From the human T2T-CHM13v2.0 reference genome, Homo sapiens, in assembly GCF_009914755.1 (NCBI RefSeq), contig NC_060930.1: DNA of 64,000 nt. The stretch is one strand, 5' to 3'. The notes under the pieces were generated by a model. The model was not told the origin of the DNA and made no database searches. It saw nothing but the letters and a program-made list of their open reading frames with translations. Every line of letters starts with the position of its first letter. The stretch's first letter is position 1. Of the stretch, positions 13,229-26,689 are shown piece after piece. A program made the translations under genes and the position numbers.

Positions 13229-13990
13229 CTCAAAGGGTAAGAGAAGGTACTCTAAAGTCAGACTGACTGCGTTCGAATTTCAGCTTCCCAGTCTTACATT
13301 CTATGGGACCTTGTGCAAGACAATTTACCCCCTGTGAGCTTGGTTTCCTCATCTGTCAAACATGGATATTTAATTGCACCAATTGCACCTCCTGTCCCTG
13401 TGATTTAGCTATTGTCTTTTGGCCTCAAACCTTCCCTTCTACACCCTGCTTTGGGATGTTTGGACTGGGACATGTCTCTTTGCTGTCTGCCTTCCTGCTA
13501 GGATCTATCAGTAGGGGAAACTAGAGAGAGAGACTGAGAAACTAGAAGTAAAATGTGTATATATATATTTAAGTTTTTCCAAACTAGGCAGGAACAGTTT
13601 CATGGAAGCTCATCAGGTATACTATCACTTTAGCCAAACGTTGTTCTATCCTCATAAGGCTTAATTTTAACTCCACAAGGTCCCTCCTATAAGCCTTTAA
13701 TTTTAATTATTGCAAACACTTTCAACTGTTTCCCTAGACAGGAGGGGTAGCTTCTCTCTGTTGTTACCACCTCCTCTTCCATCTTTTCAGTTCTTCAATA
13801 CCTAGTTAGCAAATTTTCTTACTAAATTCTTTCTGTTAAAATAAGCAATGTGATTTCTATCTCCTGAGTAGACCCTGACCAATATGTCTTGCTTACAGAG
13901 TTGTTGTAAAGATTCAAATTATTGTCCATGTAAAGGGTTTAACAGTGTCTGGTATGTAGATAGGGTTCAATAAATGTTGAGTGTTGGTAT
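13229..13990 (+). mobile_element. MIR split by the LTR41 insertion (pieces ~13229-13390 and ~13890-13990)
   Basis: 'ttggtttcctcatctgtcaaacatgga', continuing after the LTR as 'cagagttgttgtaaagattcaa...gttcaataaatgtt'. Confidence 0.7.
13393..13886 (+). mobile_element. LTR41/LTR33-family solo LTR (ERVL)
   Basis: 5' 'cttcccttctacaccctgctttgggatg'; 3' 'taaattctttctgttaaaataagcaatgtgatttctatctcctgagtagaccctgaccaata'. Confidence 0.6.
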
Positions 13991-14915
13991 TGCTAAATGC
14001 TGTTCCATTGTAGAAGAAGAATTGTGTATCTGTCATGAATTTCCTTTTATTTTTTTTTCTTCCTCACAAACAATAAAGGAAAGGCTAATCACACAGGACT
14101 CATGTTTTGTTTTGGATTTCTCTAGAATTCACGCATTCTTTTGGAATTCTTTAAATTTCTGTAGGAGGCACAAAAATCTTGGGCACTGGATCAACTTTAT
14201 AGGGTTGCTTAGTTCCCCCAATAGCAACTCTCATTCTGCTATTTAACTACTGAAAACAGCAAAAACAACAAAGCAAGCAAACAAAATCACCTTCTGGAGG
14301 AAGTGTTTTGCCTGTGAGTTATCCACATTAATTTCCAAAACAGAGAACTGAACAAATAGGAAGAATTAACTCATTCTCTTTGAGGTTTGTTTCTCAAGAA
14401 TTCAGTTTTAACTAGTACTATGGTTTTTATAGGTATGTTCCCTTCTTTTTAGGTTCTTTGGAGTTTGTAAATTGTCTCTTTTTAAAATTTCTATTTCCCA
14501 CATTTTCTGCTAAGCATCCCAACATATTCTTTGCTTGTACGTAAGTGCTTATCATTATTTCATATGCTTCTCGGGGTAAACAAGAACTCTAGATTTTATT
14601 TCTTCATCCAGTGACCCAAATGGACTGTTTCCCAAACACTTTGCAGTAAAGCTGGTCAATTTTCTACTTATTCTTGAACCAACTTGAAGGGAGAAATATG
14701 GACAAATTTGTGATTACTGGTTTCCTGAGAAGTATTATAAATCATCCTTCATAATATGGAACCACAGGAAAATACACATTGGGCTTTGGCTTCCATTTCT
14801 AGGTGCATTTCTTATTTCTGAGAGTGATTGGTCTACTAAAATATCTAAGTTGGTTCTACCTTTACTGATTAGTCAATATATTAGCATTTTGGCTGGAGTT
14901 CAGGAGGCAAAGCTG

Positions 14916-14918
<3 letters not shown>

Positions 14919-14957
<39 letters not shown>

Positions 14958-15077
14958 AAGAGAGAGAGAGAGAGACAGAGAGAGAGAGATGGAGACATAG
15001 AGAGATGGGGAGAGAGAGTGAGGGGAGAAAGAAAGAAAATGAGTGTGTGTGTGTGTGTGTGTGTGCACGCGCGCACA
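14919..15077. repeat. Compound microsatellite (TG)18-(AG-rich)-(GT)11-CACGCGCGCACA
   Basis: Seen directly; source of five spurious overlapping ORFs in the track. Confidence 0.95.
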
Positions 15078-15180
15078 AGCGCATGCATTTGGGAATGAAG
15101 TTAAGGCTGAGAAGGAGTTAATGGCTGACAACAGCAATAATTGCCCTGTGTTTAATTCAGGTAGCCTGTTTTGATTATAC

Positions 15181-15466
15181 TTTTTAATTTATTATTTTAA
15201 TTTTTTTGAGACAGGTCTTGGTCTGTCACCCAGGCTGGAGTGCAGTGACATGATCACAGCTCGAGCAATCCTCTTGACTCAGCTTCCTGAATAGCTGGGA
15301 CCACAGGCTTGCACCACCATGTCTGGCTAATTTTTAAATTATTTTTTATAGAGATGGGGGCTTCCTATGTTCCCCAGGCTTGTCTCAAACTCCTGGGCCT
15401 AAGCAGTCTTCCTGCCTTGCCCTCCCAAAGTGCAGGGATTATAGGCATGAGCCACCGTGCCCAGCC
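15181..15466 (-). mobile_element. AluJ with a ~25-bp internal deletion
   Basis: Antisense Alu with J diagnostics ('ctcctgggcctaagc', 'gatcacagctc') and a poly-T tail at the left. Confidence 0.9.
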
Positions 15467-16591
15467 TGGTCATACTGTAGTAGCCAAAAGACTATAACAG
15501 GTGGCTGCTTCAGCAACATTAGTGAATATGCTGGTATCGTCCTTCAAAATATTACACTTAAACAGTCGCATTAAACTTTGTCCAGTCTTAACAGGTCCAT
15601 CACAGTTAGGAATTTAATCACTTTCATTATCAAGGAAAATGTTTTTTTTTTTCTGCTTCTGTTTCAAATTTAACTCCTGCAATTGAGCTAAATCTGAACT
15701 AAAAGAACGTTAACAAAGTAGAACAACTTGAACTAAATCAAACCAACCAAAAGGAAACATTCTCTTCACCATCAAGGTTTATATTCCATAAGGAATAGGA
15801 ATATATTAATATAGATAGATAGATAGAAAATTCTAGTGAAATGTTCTTCTTTCTCCTTTGCTACAGAACAAAATTTAGCAACAATGGCCCTCATTATACT
15901 ATTTATATAAAGGAAATATTTCATTGCCAGGAAAGTTAGAGATAGTCAAAAGACAATTCTTATTATCTGACATGTCGTCTTCTCTCTCTTAATCTCCTTT
16001 GGGTGAAGTCCTTTCCATGAGATTTTCCCTTTTATTTCCTGCCTGTGAAAGGGTCTTGTTTAATTGCCTAGCCATGTGCTGTTTTGACTCTTTTTATAAG
16101 CTTGCCAATTTATTCCTCCTGTCTGTTAATATTTAATTATTCAACTACCTCAATTAAAACTCATTCCAGCTGCTGAGGAACTGCTGTTTGGCCCTTACCT
16201 AGCTCTTTCCTTATGTGTATATTATGGGGCTTTCTGGATATATATTTTGTAATTTTCTAGTTTCCCAATACTAATTGGCAACAGTGGGGAAAAAATCTGT
16301 AGCTAAATCATTAATAAATAATGTTTCAGTGGTTGAAAAGAATCTGGAAAGAAGAAAGAGATCCAAAAAACTAAAACTCAAATGCTCTGGTAGCCAGTCA
16401 GGAAGAACAGACTTAATTGTTATACTAGAAGAACTTTAGGTGCCTCATTATTACATAACAGAAGAATGAGCTATGAGGTTGGGATTATTAAAAATATCAG
16501 GAACTTTAAGTTATCTTGCTTTTTGTCTTGACAATATGTGCATGTGCAATTAAAGTCTGGTGACACTCTGCCCTTGTCCTGGTTTACATAC

Positions 16592-19419
16592 TCAGTCTCT
16601 AAGAAGTGTCATGGTGATGGCTGTCATCCATCCAAAAGCTTGATGATATTTTCTCTGGAGCCCATCTGTGAACCATTGTATCAGATGGGAGGGTCACAAC
16701 TGAGCAACATGTTAAATTAGATTTGCATAAAACATTCCATCTTCTCCAGGTTGAGCTTGCAGCCTTTGCATGTTTTCGTCTTATTTGTCTTGGCTTCAGC
16801 ATTATTTCTATAGAATATCTTTTGGTCCCATTTGAGCAGGTGGGACATCTTCAGATCTGCTGCTGCTCCACCCTGAGAGTTGAATGTTCATCACACGGAC
16901 TGTACTAGTTCTTCAGAGCATTTCTGAGGTAGAGAGTTCTCTGCTTTTCACATCCTGCCCTGAGGATGACAGTGGGGAATCTGGTTTTCCAAATATCTGA
17001 TATTAAAGAAGTCTGACCCTGGTTGACACTTAGCAGGAAACTAAAGGCATAAAGTACCATCAGACCATGTTCTTCCCTAGGGGCTCGTTGAGAAGTCTGT
17101 CTTCTGTTCTCAAGTCCTCCAATTTTTTTCTCTAAATTAAGACTATTTTTTCTTAGACTAATTCTTGTTTCAAGAAACAAATTTTTTTCTTCAAAATGAA
17201 GACAAACTGTTAAGTATTGTAAATCGTGAGGCTGAAATAAAAGCTTCATTCTCCTAATTTAGTGGTTAAAAAATAAAAAACAGTGAGACTTAAATATTTC
17301 TCTAAATGGTATACAGATGAAAATCTACTTTAATGTATTTCTAAGACAGTCATTTGTTCTGTTGTAGTGACATTTTCTAATGATGATCATATTTTCAGTA
17401 TGCAAAACTTGGGGTAATGTGTCTTTCTTTGGTCATTTACTGCGTGAAAACAATTTTTACTTTGTAGGAGATAAAATGAAGTGTCATGCACAGATGCTGG
17501 CATGCCTTTTTTTCTCATGGAAACTGAGTGCGGTGAGTGAATAGAAAGTCAGTTGTGGTTAGGAGTTGGAGAAGGCATTCTACAAGTGAGGAAGAATGAA
17601 GGATAGCTAAGCACAATGCTATCAAGTTGTTAAAAATTGAATTTTAAAGATTCCCGAGCCAGCTTACATCATTCCTTTTGGACTACAATATAAATATTAC
17701 ATAATTAGATACTCTTAAGGATTGCCATTTATAAAGGTGGAATCTGCAAAGGCTTTTGTTGCATTTCTAAAGGATGTGTTGAAAACTTATTCCCAAATAA
17801 AAATTACTAAGGACCTTTTCCTTACACATGGAAATATTTTTTTCCTACAATATATATTTTTTTATGTTAAAATAACATAAAATCAACATTTGTTTCAATG
17901 TTGGTGACAGGGACTTGGAATACCAGAATTTCACACTGATACACCTTTTTCAGTAAACGTGGGGTAGTTAATAAGGAAGTAAATGTATCCTTTGCACTTT
18001 GAAGGACCAGAGGGCTAAGACGCCAACAGACTTGTAATGAATATATTTTCTTGTCTTTTCCTGTAATCTATAAATTCTATGTCACTTTTAAAATGTCAAT
18101 TTTCTTCCTTTTCTCATCAAGATATCATTTATGTTTGTTTTTCTTTTTTGTATAACCAGGAAGCCAACATTGATATGTATTAATTTGGATCATTCTGTTT
18201 TACAAGACAAGTGGTAACAATTTTTTTTAAAAATCAAACTAGTTACCATACTTTCACTGTGTTTTAAAATAAGAATATTTATCTACCAGGTTTTCTGTCT
18301 TGTCTTTAACCAAGTTAACACTACTTGATAGCAGTTCTGCAGATGGTTCAGAAACATCTTTCCCCAGGATGCTTATGTCAAATTCATCACTTCAGTAATC
18401 ATTCTTCATATTTTATGCTATGGCTTTTGTGAATTAGTCATTCTTCTACTGAATATCTCTTCTTAATTTTGAAGTCATTGAATAGTACTTTTTGTATCCC
18501 AAGGCCACTGGATCTTTTATTTCTCCAAGATCATCTATGCATAATGTAGTATCTTATTCAGATGTCAGAAGTGTTTTGTTCATTAATACCAGCCATGCTT
18601 TAACAAGTGATTTACAGAGTGGAGGGGCACTGATCCCTGGGAAATAGTATGAAGAGAATGTGCTTGTGTGTGAGTGAGGGAGTGAGGTGGGTTTTGTATT
18701 TTTAAAGAGCATAGTCAATATACCTACTCTATTTTCTTCATAATATAAACTATAAAAAATAATGCTGAATAAAATCTTAGCAGGTAGGGATATGCAAAAG
18801 ATAGGGTAGAAAACACTCGAAAGGGTTTGGCCAAAAAATAATAAGCAACAGCTTTGGGGGCAAGGAGTGGATCACTAACTGAAATGGAGGTAATAGCTTA
18901 TACTAGCTGCATGTTGTTATTTTGTGACATTAAGTTGTTAGTTTCACAACTGTCATAAGTAGGATGCATTTATAAATATTGGTTTATAGGCATGTCATTG
19001 GGGAAATGGAAAGATGGTACAAATGAGTTAGGTTGTCATAGCTATTCTGTGACTATGGGAACAATTAATTCTCAATATGCAGATTTTTGGTTTCTCTTGA
19101 CTGACATCATCTTCCTGGGTCATTTCAAACCGGCTACTGTGTATTCAGAGAATATACATCTGGGTTACTAAGAAGAACACAGTGTAAGATAAATCTTTAT
19201 GAAGTCTGAGAAAAATCAGTTGATCACTCAAAAGTAAAAGAGGAGACATTGTTTAAATGTATGTTCTCAGATCACTTTTCCAAAATATTAGGGAGAAGAA
19301 TCTGCAATCAAATTTTACTGGCTCTCTCTTTAATCCAAGAATGAACTGTTAATATTACAGTGCACTGCAACTTTTTTCCATGAGTCCTCATTTTGGATTT
19401 TTCTACATCTTAGTCAACA
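16592..19419 (-). pseudogene. Possible fossil multi-exon coding region (unidentified)
   Basis: TE-free block; minus-strand acceptors at 19419, 18636, 17523 and 17253; frame 17249-16599 has 217 codons with only 2 internal stops; GTATGT donor at 16591; no homolog recognised. Confidence 0.3.
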
Positions 19420-19717
19420 CTGATCAGGGATCACAGAGAGGGGTGATGAGAGTTGAAAATTAAATGGCTATTAGTAAGAAGCTATATTAAAAAAAAGAAA
19501 AATATATTTTTATGACAAAATTTGAATGGATTTAAAAAGTTACAATTTGTGAATTATCTTTGATATTTGCTTACCACCCTACATATTACTGTAAAACATG
19601 TCAGAAATTCACCATTGAGTTTCCTAAGAAGAAAAAGCATGTTCTTTTCACTGAATAGTTTAAGATAGAATCTCAGACAAACCATCATATTTATTATAGT
19701 TACTATTTCTGAATATA

Positions 19718-20057
19718 TAATCAGCCCTCCATACTCAAAGAGTTGTGCATCCATGAATAAAATCAATCTTAGACCAAAAGTATTCAAAAAGAAAAAAATA
19801 TTGCATCTGTACTGAACATGTACAGATTTTTATTTCTTGCCATGATTCCCCAAACACTACAGTATAATAACTATTTACAAAACATTTACATTGTACTAGG
19901 TGTTATAAGTAATTAGAAATATTTAAAGTATACAGGGGGATGCATATAGGTTATATGCAAACGTTACACCATTTTATTTCAGGGATTTGCAAATCCTCAA
20001 TTTTGGTATTCCTGGGAAGTCCTGGAATCAATCTCCCATGGATACTGAGGATGACTG
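19718..20057 (-). mobile_element. MER2 (TcMar-Tigger)
   Basis: 'ttgcatctgtactgaacatgtacaga', 'ataggttatatgcaaa', terminal 'catggatactgaggatgactg'. Confidence 0.85.
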
Positions 20058-21593
20058 CATATGATTTAAATCTAAATCTAAATGAAAGTCTACTTTACAT
20101 ATATTGCTATGCAGAAATACACATTAATATAGAAAAATATATAATACAAATATACTGAACATTTGTATATTTAAATAAATTTTATATATATACACATATA
20201 TTTTTGGTATCTTGATCCAATTTGGCATTTTTCCAGAAATGTGTGTATTTCTAAATTGTTTGACTTCATGTTCGCCTGATTCTCCCAATGGAAATTTACC
20301 CTGATGTAATTTCAAAATACATTTCTTTAAAATCATAGTAAAAATAGTTTAGCATAAACACATCCTTTGCATTCAGATAAATTATTTGCTACCTTATTCT
20401 TTAGGGAGCTGTCCTTTTAAAAAATGTAAAAACTAACAAATAAACAACAATGATCATTTGGTCATATCAGCTTTATTAGTTATTCAAGTGAAAAATAATA
20501 GAAGGAATACCTTTTTAAATAAAAAGATTAGACATACAGACTTCCATAATCTACACATTCTGCTTTCCCACAATAGATTAACCAATTGCATGATGTTAAA
20601 TATGACCACAAAAGGAAATATTTTTATTGTAGAGAATGATAAAGGAGAAGAAAGAAACTGACACCTTGGCTTTCAGATTTTGAAAAATATCTCTTCTATG
20701 ACTTTTCAAGGACATTTTCTTTTACTCTAAATATCTTTGAGAAATAAAAATAAAAGCAGTAATTACTTATTCATGAAAGAAATCAGTTCCTTCCTTTAGA
20801 AGCAAATAAATGAAACGATAGTTCGTATCTCCCCTGGTGGGGCTGCGTGTTAGGTGCCCCTAGTGTTCTCTGCTGCGTGAGGGCATTTAGCCTAGAAGAG
20901 CAGCTCCTATGGCAGTTTTATTTGAGAAACAGCTGATAATTCACTTGGGCTCTATGGCTTCCAGCTTCCTCTCAGAGCTGAGGCTGTCTCACAACTACAA
21001 TTGTGAACTCGTATTCTGAACCTGTAGGCTGATAGGAGCTCTCAGTTTTCAGACTTTGTACAAGGGGAAGGAGCTATAGGGTAAAGATGGAGCAGGAACT
21101 TCAGAATCTGTCTCTTCTTGGGATCACTTCTCAGTGAACATCATTCTTTTCAAATTAAATGAAGACTAATCAGTTAGACATTTATACTGGAGACTCAAGG
21201 CTAACAGGTTCCTTTTTAAAACAAGAATTGAGTTATCATGGAAGGCTCTGCCTGCCTCAATTCCTTCTGCATAAGGGCACTTCACTTCCAGCTCCTGCTG
21301 AAAGAGAATTATTTCAACAGTCATGTTTCCGATCACATGGCTTCATCCTCTCAGCCACAGCTGATGGAAAATGTGCTGTCATTCCACCCAAGCTGAGCCA
21401 ACTCTTAGGGTGATGAGCCACCTCTGATGCTACGTGACAGACACACATGCACAAACACACACACACAATAAATTAGTTCTAAGACACTCTCTTTTCAATT
21501 TAAGCCAGGGAATACCAAGACAAGGAACCCATTAGCAAGGGGGGCTGAGCCTAAACTGTCTTGTATAGAGATAGGCAGGTGGAGCAATGCTGA

Positions 21594-22055
21594 ACATTTT
21601 AGTTTCCCATTGTAGCTGCAACAAATTACAGCAGTCTTAGTGGCTGACAACAACACACATTTATTCTTACACAGTTAGGAGGTCAGAAATCCAAAATGGG
21701 TTTCACTGAGCCAAAACCAAGGTGTCTGAACTCCCTCTAGAGGGTTGAGGAAAGAATCTATGTCTATACCTTTTTCAGATTCTGGAGCTGCATTCCTGGC
21801 ATTCCTTGGTTCCTTCCTTCATCCTCAGATCTACTTCCAACCTTAGGGCATCTTTGTCTGTCTGATCTTCTGTTGCCCTCTTATGGGGATCCCATGATTA
21901 TATTGGACCTACCTGGATAATCCAGATAAACTCCCCATCTCAAGATCCTTAATCTAATCACATCAGCAAAATCTCTTTTGCCATGTAAGGTGACATTCAT
22001 GGTTCTGGGGATTAGAACATGGGTATGTTGAGGGGCCATTATTTGGCCTACTATC
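21594..22055 (-). mobile_element. MLT1C solo LTR, inserted in an older MLT1-like LTR (~21200-22370)
   Basis: 'ggataatccagataaactccccatctcaagatccttaatctaatcacatc...ggttctggggattagaacatgg'; host 3' end 'gaggtaacttgaggttgtctctgatatttgtaatcaaaaggacctga'. Confidence 0.8.
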
Positions 22056-22371
22056 CCAGGTAATGTGCACACCCAAGTTATAAGGGAGCCAAAATTATGA
22101 GTTAGAAAAATGTATGAGACACAAGAGACACGTGATGTAGTAAGGAAGGAGAGAGCAGCTGTGTCAAGGGAAAGGCAGGGCTGGCCAGAGTAAATGTTCA
22201 TGGGCTTCTGTGGCTTTAGTCTCTACAACCATAAAAACAGTCTTCAGTTCTTGCTGGTCCTGAGACCTGAGGTCAGCTGTATCCACCTATGAATATCCTG
22301 AAAACAAACCCCTGCTGCTGGAGGTAACTTGAGGTTGTCTCTGATATTTGTAATCAAAAGGACCTGATGGG

Positions 22372-23161
<790 letters not shown>

Positions 23162-24529
23162 GAATGTTTGCTAATTGTCTAGACACATTGTTGAATAATT
23201 GTTTTATTTGTTTTCTCAGAAAATGAATTTTTTTTCCTTTTGAATTTTAAATGGCAACAATTTTAATTTGATGAGAAGAGCCCTGGCTCTTCAAAATAAA
23301 ACTTGCTATCACCTAGACTTTGGCCCTTAGTAGCTGCTAGATTTGGGGAAAGTTAACCGGCCTGAATGTATTTCTGGTTTTCCTTGAAGATATAATGGGG
23401 ATTGTGGAAGAATTACATGTGGATGCACATGAAAGTCCTTTGAGACCATAAAGGGTTACTGCTCTTTGTCATGACTGACATAGAAGCCTGGCCCATGGAT
23501 TTCTTGGAATTTTAGAGTATGGCAAGATCCTCCAGAAGGTTATACATATTTTTCATAAATAACAAGAAAGATGCCCTATTGGGGTACAGCAATTCTCCAA
23601 AAGAAATAAGGTTTGTAGACAGATGAACTTGGAAATCAGAGTAGAAAAGAAAGTGAGAAAAAGCTATAAATGGCAAAGGCCGAATATGATTTATAGTATT
23701 CAATCATTTCTCAGAACACTGTATATGGGATAGGTATACACGGCCTTTGTTCGGGTTACAGGCTTACGGTTATTTGATTGGTAACTCAAATGATGGATAT
23801 TGCCAGTTGTCTCCTGTGAGAGAGTTAGAGGTTACTTAAGCTATGATTTTTCATATCAAATAAAAAAACCTAAACTTCTGATGGCTCTCATTTGCCTATA
23901 TTTCAAACTTGAAAAGAGAATGAGAAACATTAAGGAAATGATATAAGTGTGCTTTGTCCAAACTGGGCAGGAGAGACGCACTTGGAAATGAATAGGACAA
24001 TCCTGTTGTCTTCTGAAAGATGTGGAAAGCATTTTGTCTTTCTCTGTTTGAGAAAATAGGCGTCCAGCATTTTCTCTGTGAGCATGAAGACAGAGAGCTG
24101 TAGGCATCAGCCAAAATGAGGCTTAGCACATAAAGTCTGTGATGAAAATTCCAGAATTTACATAAAAACTCCTGACATAATCTTGGCACTAGGCAGAACG
24201 TCCAGCTGAGTGACAGCAGCAGGCTCGGCAGCTCTCAGGAAAGGTCTGATGAAAGCAGAGCCCACAGTGTTTTGATGCCTAGAGCAGTCGTATGAGCCCA
24301 AGGTTACTTCGTTGGAGAAAAATCTTCAGTGTGGATGCTAAGGAGCTCTCAGGGTGCAAACTGATTTAGAAAGTGGAGAGTGGTGAAACTCTCTGAGGTA
24401 CTAATTTTGGAGCACTCATTGAAAAATCACTTCAATATTCTGTTCCTTTTAAGAAAAATTGTTGTTTTCACAAGAAGGTAGAAGATATGAAGTACCTTAG
24501 AGGTATTGTCCCTCCATTTTCACAGTGAC

Positions 24530-25285
24530 TGTTGTGGACTAAATATTTGTGCTGTCTCCTCAAATTCATATATTGAGGCACTAATCCTCTCCCTTCCCCA
24601 GTGTGGCTGCATTTGAAGATGAGATCCCTAAGGAAGTAATTAAGGTCAATATGGTTTGGCTGTGTCCTCACCCAAATCTCATCTTGAATAGTAGTTCCTA
24701 TAATCCCCATGTGTCACAGGAGGGACCCAGTAATTGAATCATAGGGACGGTTACCCCCATGTTGGTGTTCTCGTGATAGTGACTGAATTCTCATGAGATC
24801 TGATGGTTTTAGAAGGGGCTTCTCCCTTCGCCTGGCACTCATTCTCTCTCCTGCCACCCTGTGAAGAGGTGCCTTCTGCCATGATTGTAAGTTTTCTGAG
24901 GCCTCCCCAGCCATGCAGAACTGTGAGTCAATTAAACCTCTTTTCTTTATAAATTACACAGTCTTGGGTGTTTCTTCAAAGTAGTGTAAGAACAGACTGA
25001 TACAAAGGTTAAATGAGGTCATAAGGATGGGGCCCTAATTCATTAGGATGTAGCCTTATATGAGGTGGCACCAGGAAACTCTCTCTCTCTCTCTTTCTGC
25101 CATGTAAGGATACAGCAAGAAGGCAGCCATCTGCAACCTAAGGGGAGAGCCCTCGCCAGATACCAATCCTGATGGCCCCTTAATCTTGGATTTGCAGCCT
25201 GCAGAACTGTGAAGAAATGAATTTCTCTTGTCTAAGCCATCCAGTCTGTGGTATTTTGTTATAGCAGTCTGAGCAGATTAAGACA
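24530..25285 (+). mobile_element. MLT1A/MLT1A0 solo LTR interrupted by THE1
   Basis: TGTTGTGGACTAAAT...GGTATTTTGTTATAGCAGTCTGAGCAGATTAAGACA; near-TSD gtgac/gtgag. Confidence 0.85.
24647..25004 (+). mobile_element. THE1C/D solo LTR
   Basis: 'atatggtttggctgtgtcctcacccaaatctcatcttgaat...gaactgtgagtcaattaaacctc...gactgataca'; perfect 5-bp TSD AAGGT (24642-24646 / 25005-25009). Confidence 0.92.
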
Positions 25286-26689
25286 GTGAGTGACTCAATA
25301 TACTGTCTAGATGGCGAGACATAAAAGTGTAAAGTAAACTGGTAGTTAACTTTGAGTTGGAAGTCTTAATCTATTCCACTTTTCTTGTGTGTATGATTTG
25401 TGCCTACTAATAGTTGAATCTAAACAGGTTTTATTGACTTAAAACGGATGAAAGTATTATGGTAAAAATCAGAGGTGTGGCAAAATATAATAGATGTGGA
25501 CTAGAATGTTTTTGTTTGCTTATGACTTATTTATGCACAAAAATTTACATAGTTGTTTTCTGACCCATTTTTCTCTTCAAGGAAATAGGAATGAAAAAGT
25601 ATTAATACCTGTGAAACCTGCCAGATCTCCTTCAGCAAATTCATAGGAAATGTCTAAAAAATGGGTACAAGAAAACTGAAAAATTTGATTTTATTTGGCA
25701 TCTTTCAAGGGACAGAGACATCACAAAATGACTTCAAGTTACCCAGGCAATGTTTGTGTATTGTATGTACGAAGTAAGGAAGTGCTCAGAGCCTTATAAC
25801 AAATAGACTCCTAGAGAACTGGAACATTACTGAGAAACTTTCAGCAAGACAGTCTTGCTATTCTTGTGCCTGGGGTCTTCCTCTGCCCCTCTGTTCTTCC
25901 TCTCTTGGTAAGCTCATGCATACTACCTTCTCTTTAAAAGTCCTTATGCTCTTATCTTCTTATTCTCTGTGTATCTGTGTCAATTTGACTTTTATTCAAA
26001 CTTCTCAAGAGAGGATCCAATTGAGTGGGCTTGTCCAGTATTTACATCTCTTGCTGGGTAATGCTTGTGCTGAGCCAGGTGATAGGCCACTGGTCTCTCT
26101 CATGTCAAACTTTGGGACACACTTTGATTCATGGTGGCCAGACTTGCGTGGTTATGTGACGTAATCCTGGGCATCTAATTGATGTGTACACACGTTTAAG
26201 ATTTGTTGTTAAATGGACATGTATGTGCAGATAAGGAGTGAAACATGGAGCTGTACAAACCAAGATCTGTCTTTCACATGTCAACACAAATCATGCTTAT
26301 ATCACCTTCTGTTTGAGGCTTTATGACTTTCAATATTTACTTTTGTTCGTGCTATTATGAAGAAATGTTTATCTCTTTCTATGTTTTCCATTTTGTCCAC
26401 TGCCCTTTCATGTGATATCACTGATAGGCATGGCCGGTTTCACTCTACTGGAACAAGCAGATTGGAGAGAGCCTGGGGCAGGAGCCTGTGCTGAGTCAGA
26501 GACAGGCATGGAGAGGATGTGGGTACAAGTGGGAGGTGGGAACAAGCCAATTCCTGGCAAGCAGAGCAAAGTCTTTGTTGGTACTGCAATAGAAAGAAGT
26601 CAGTTATCCAATATCTAAATAGGGCTGCATCTCTCATTGGCTGTGTAACCTTGGGCAGTGTACCTAACCACATCAAGTTAGGGTAAGTA

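Noticed and set aside
14850-15137. Five overlapping ORFs (CVCVCV / HTHTHT / RERER)
   Set aside because: Translations of the microsatellite, which has no stop codons
16603-17488. Repeated 11-mer GAAGTGTCATG
   Set aside because: About one such match is expected by chance in 3 kb
20828-20868. Two CTCF-like motifs (CCACCAGGGGAG; CACTAGGGGCAC)
   Set aside because: Each misses core positions or spacing. The CTCF-like site in LTR41 (~13510) and AGGGGGCAG at 55961 are also degenerate
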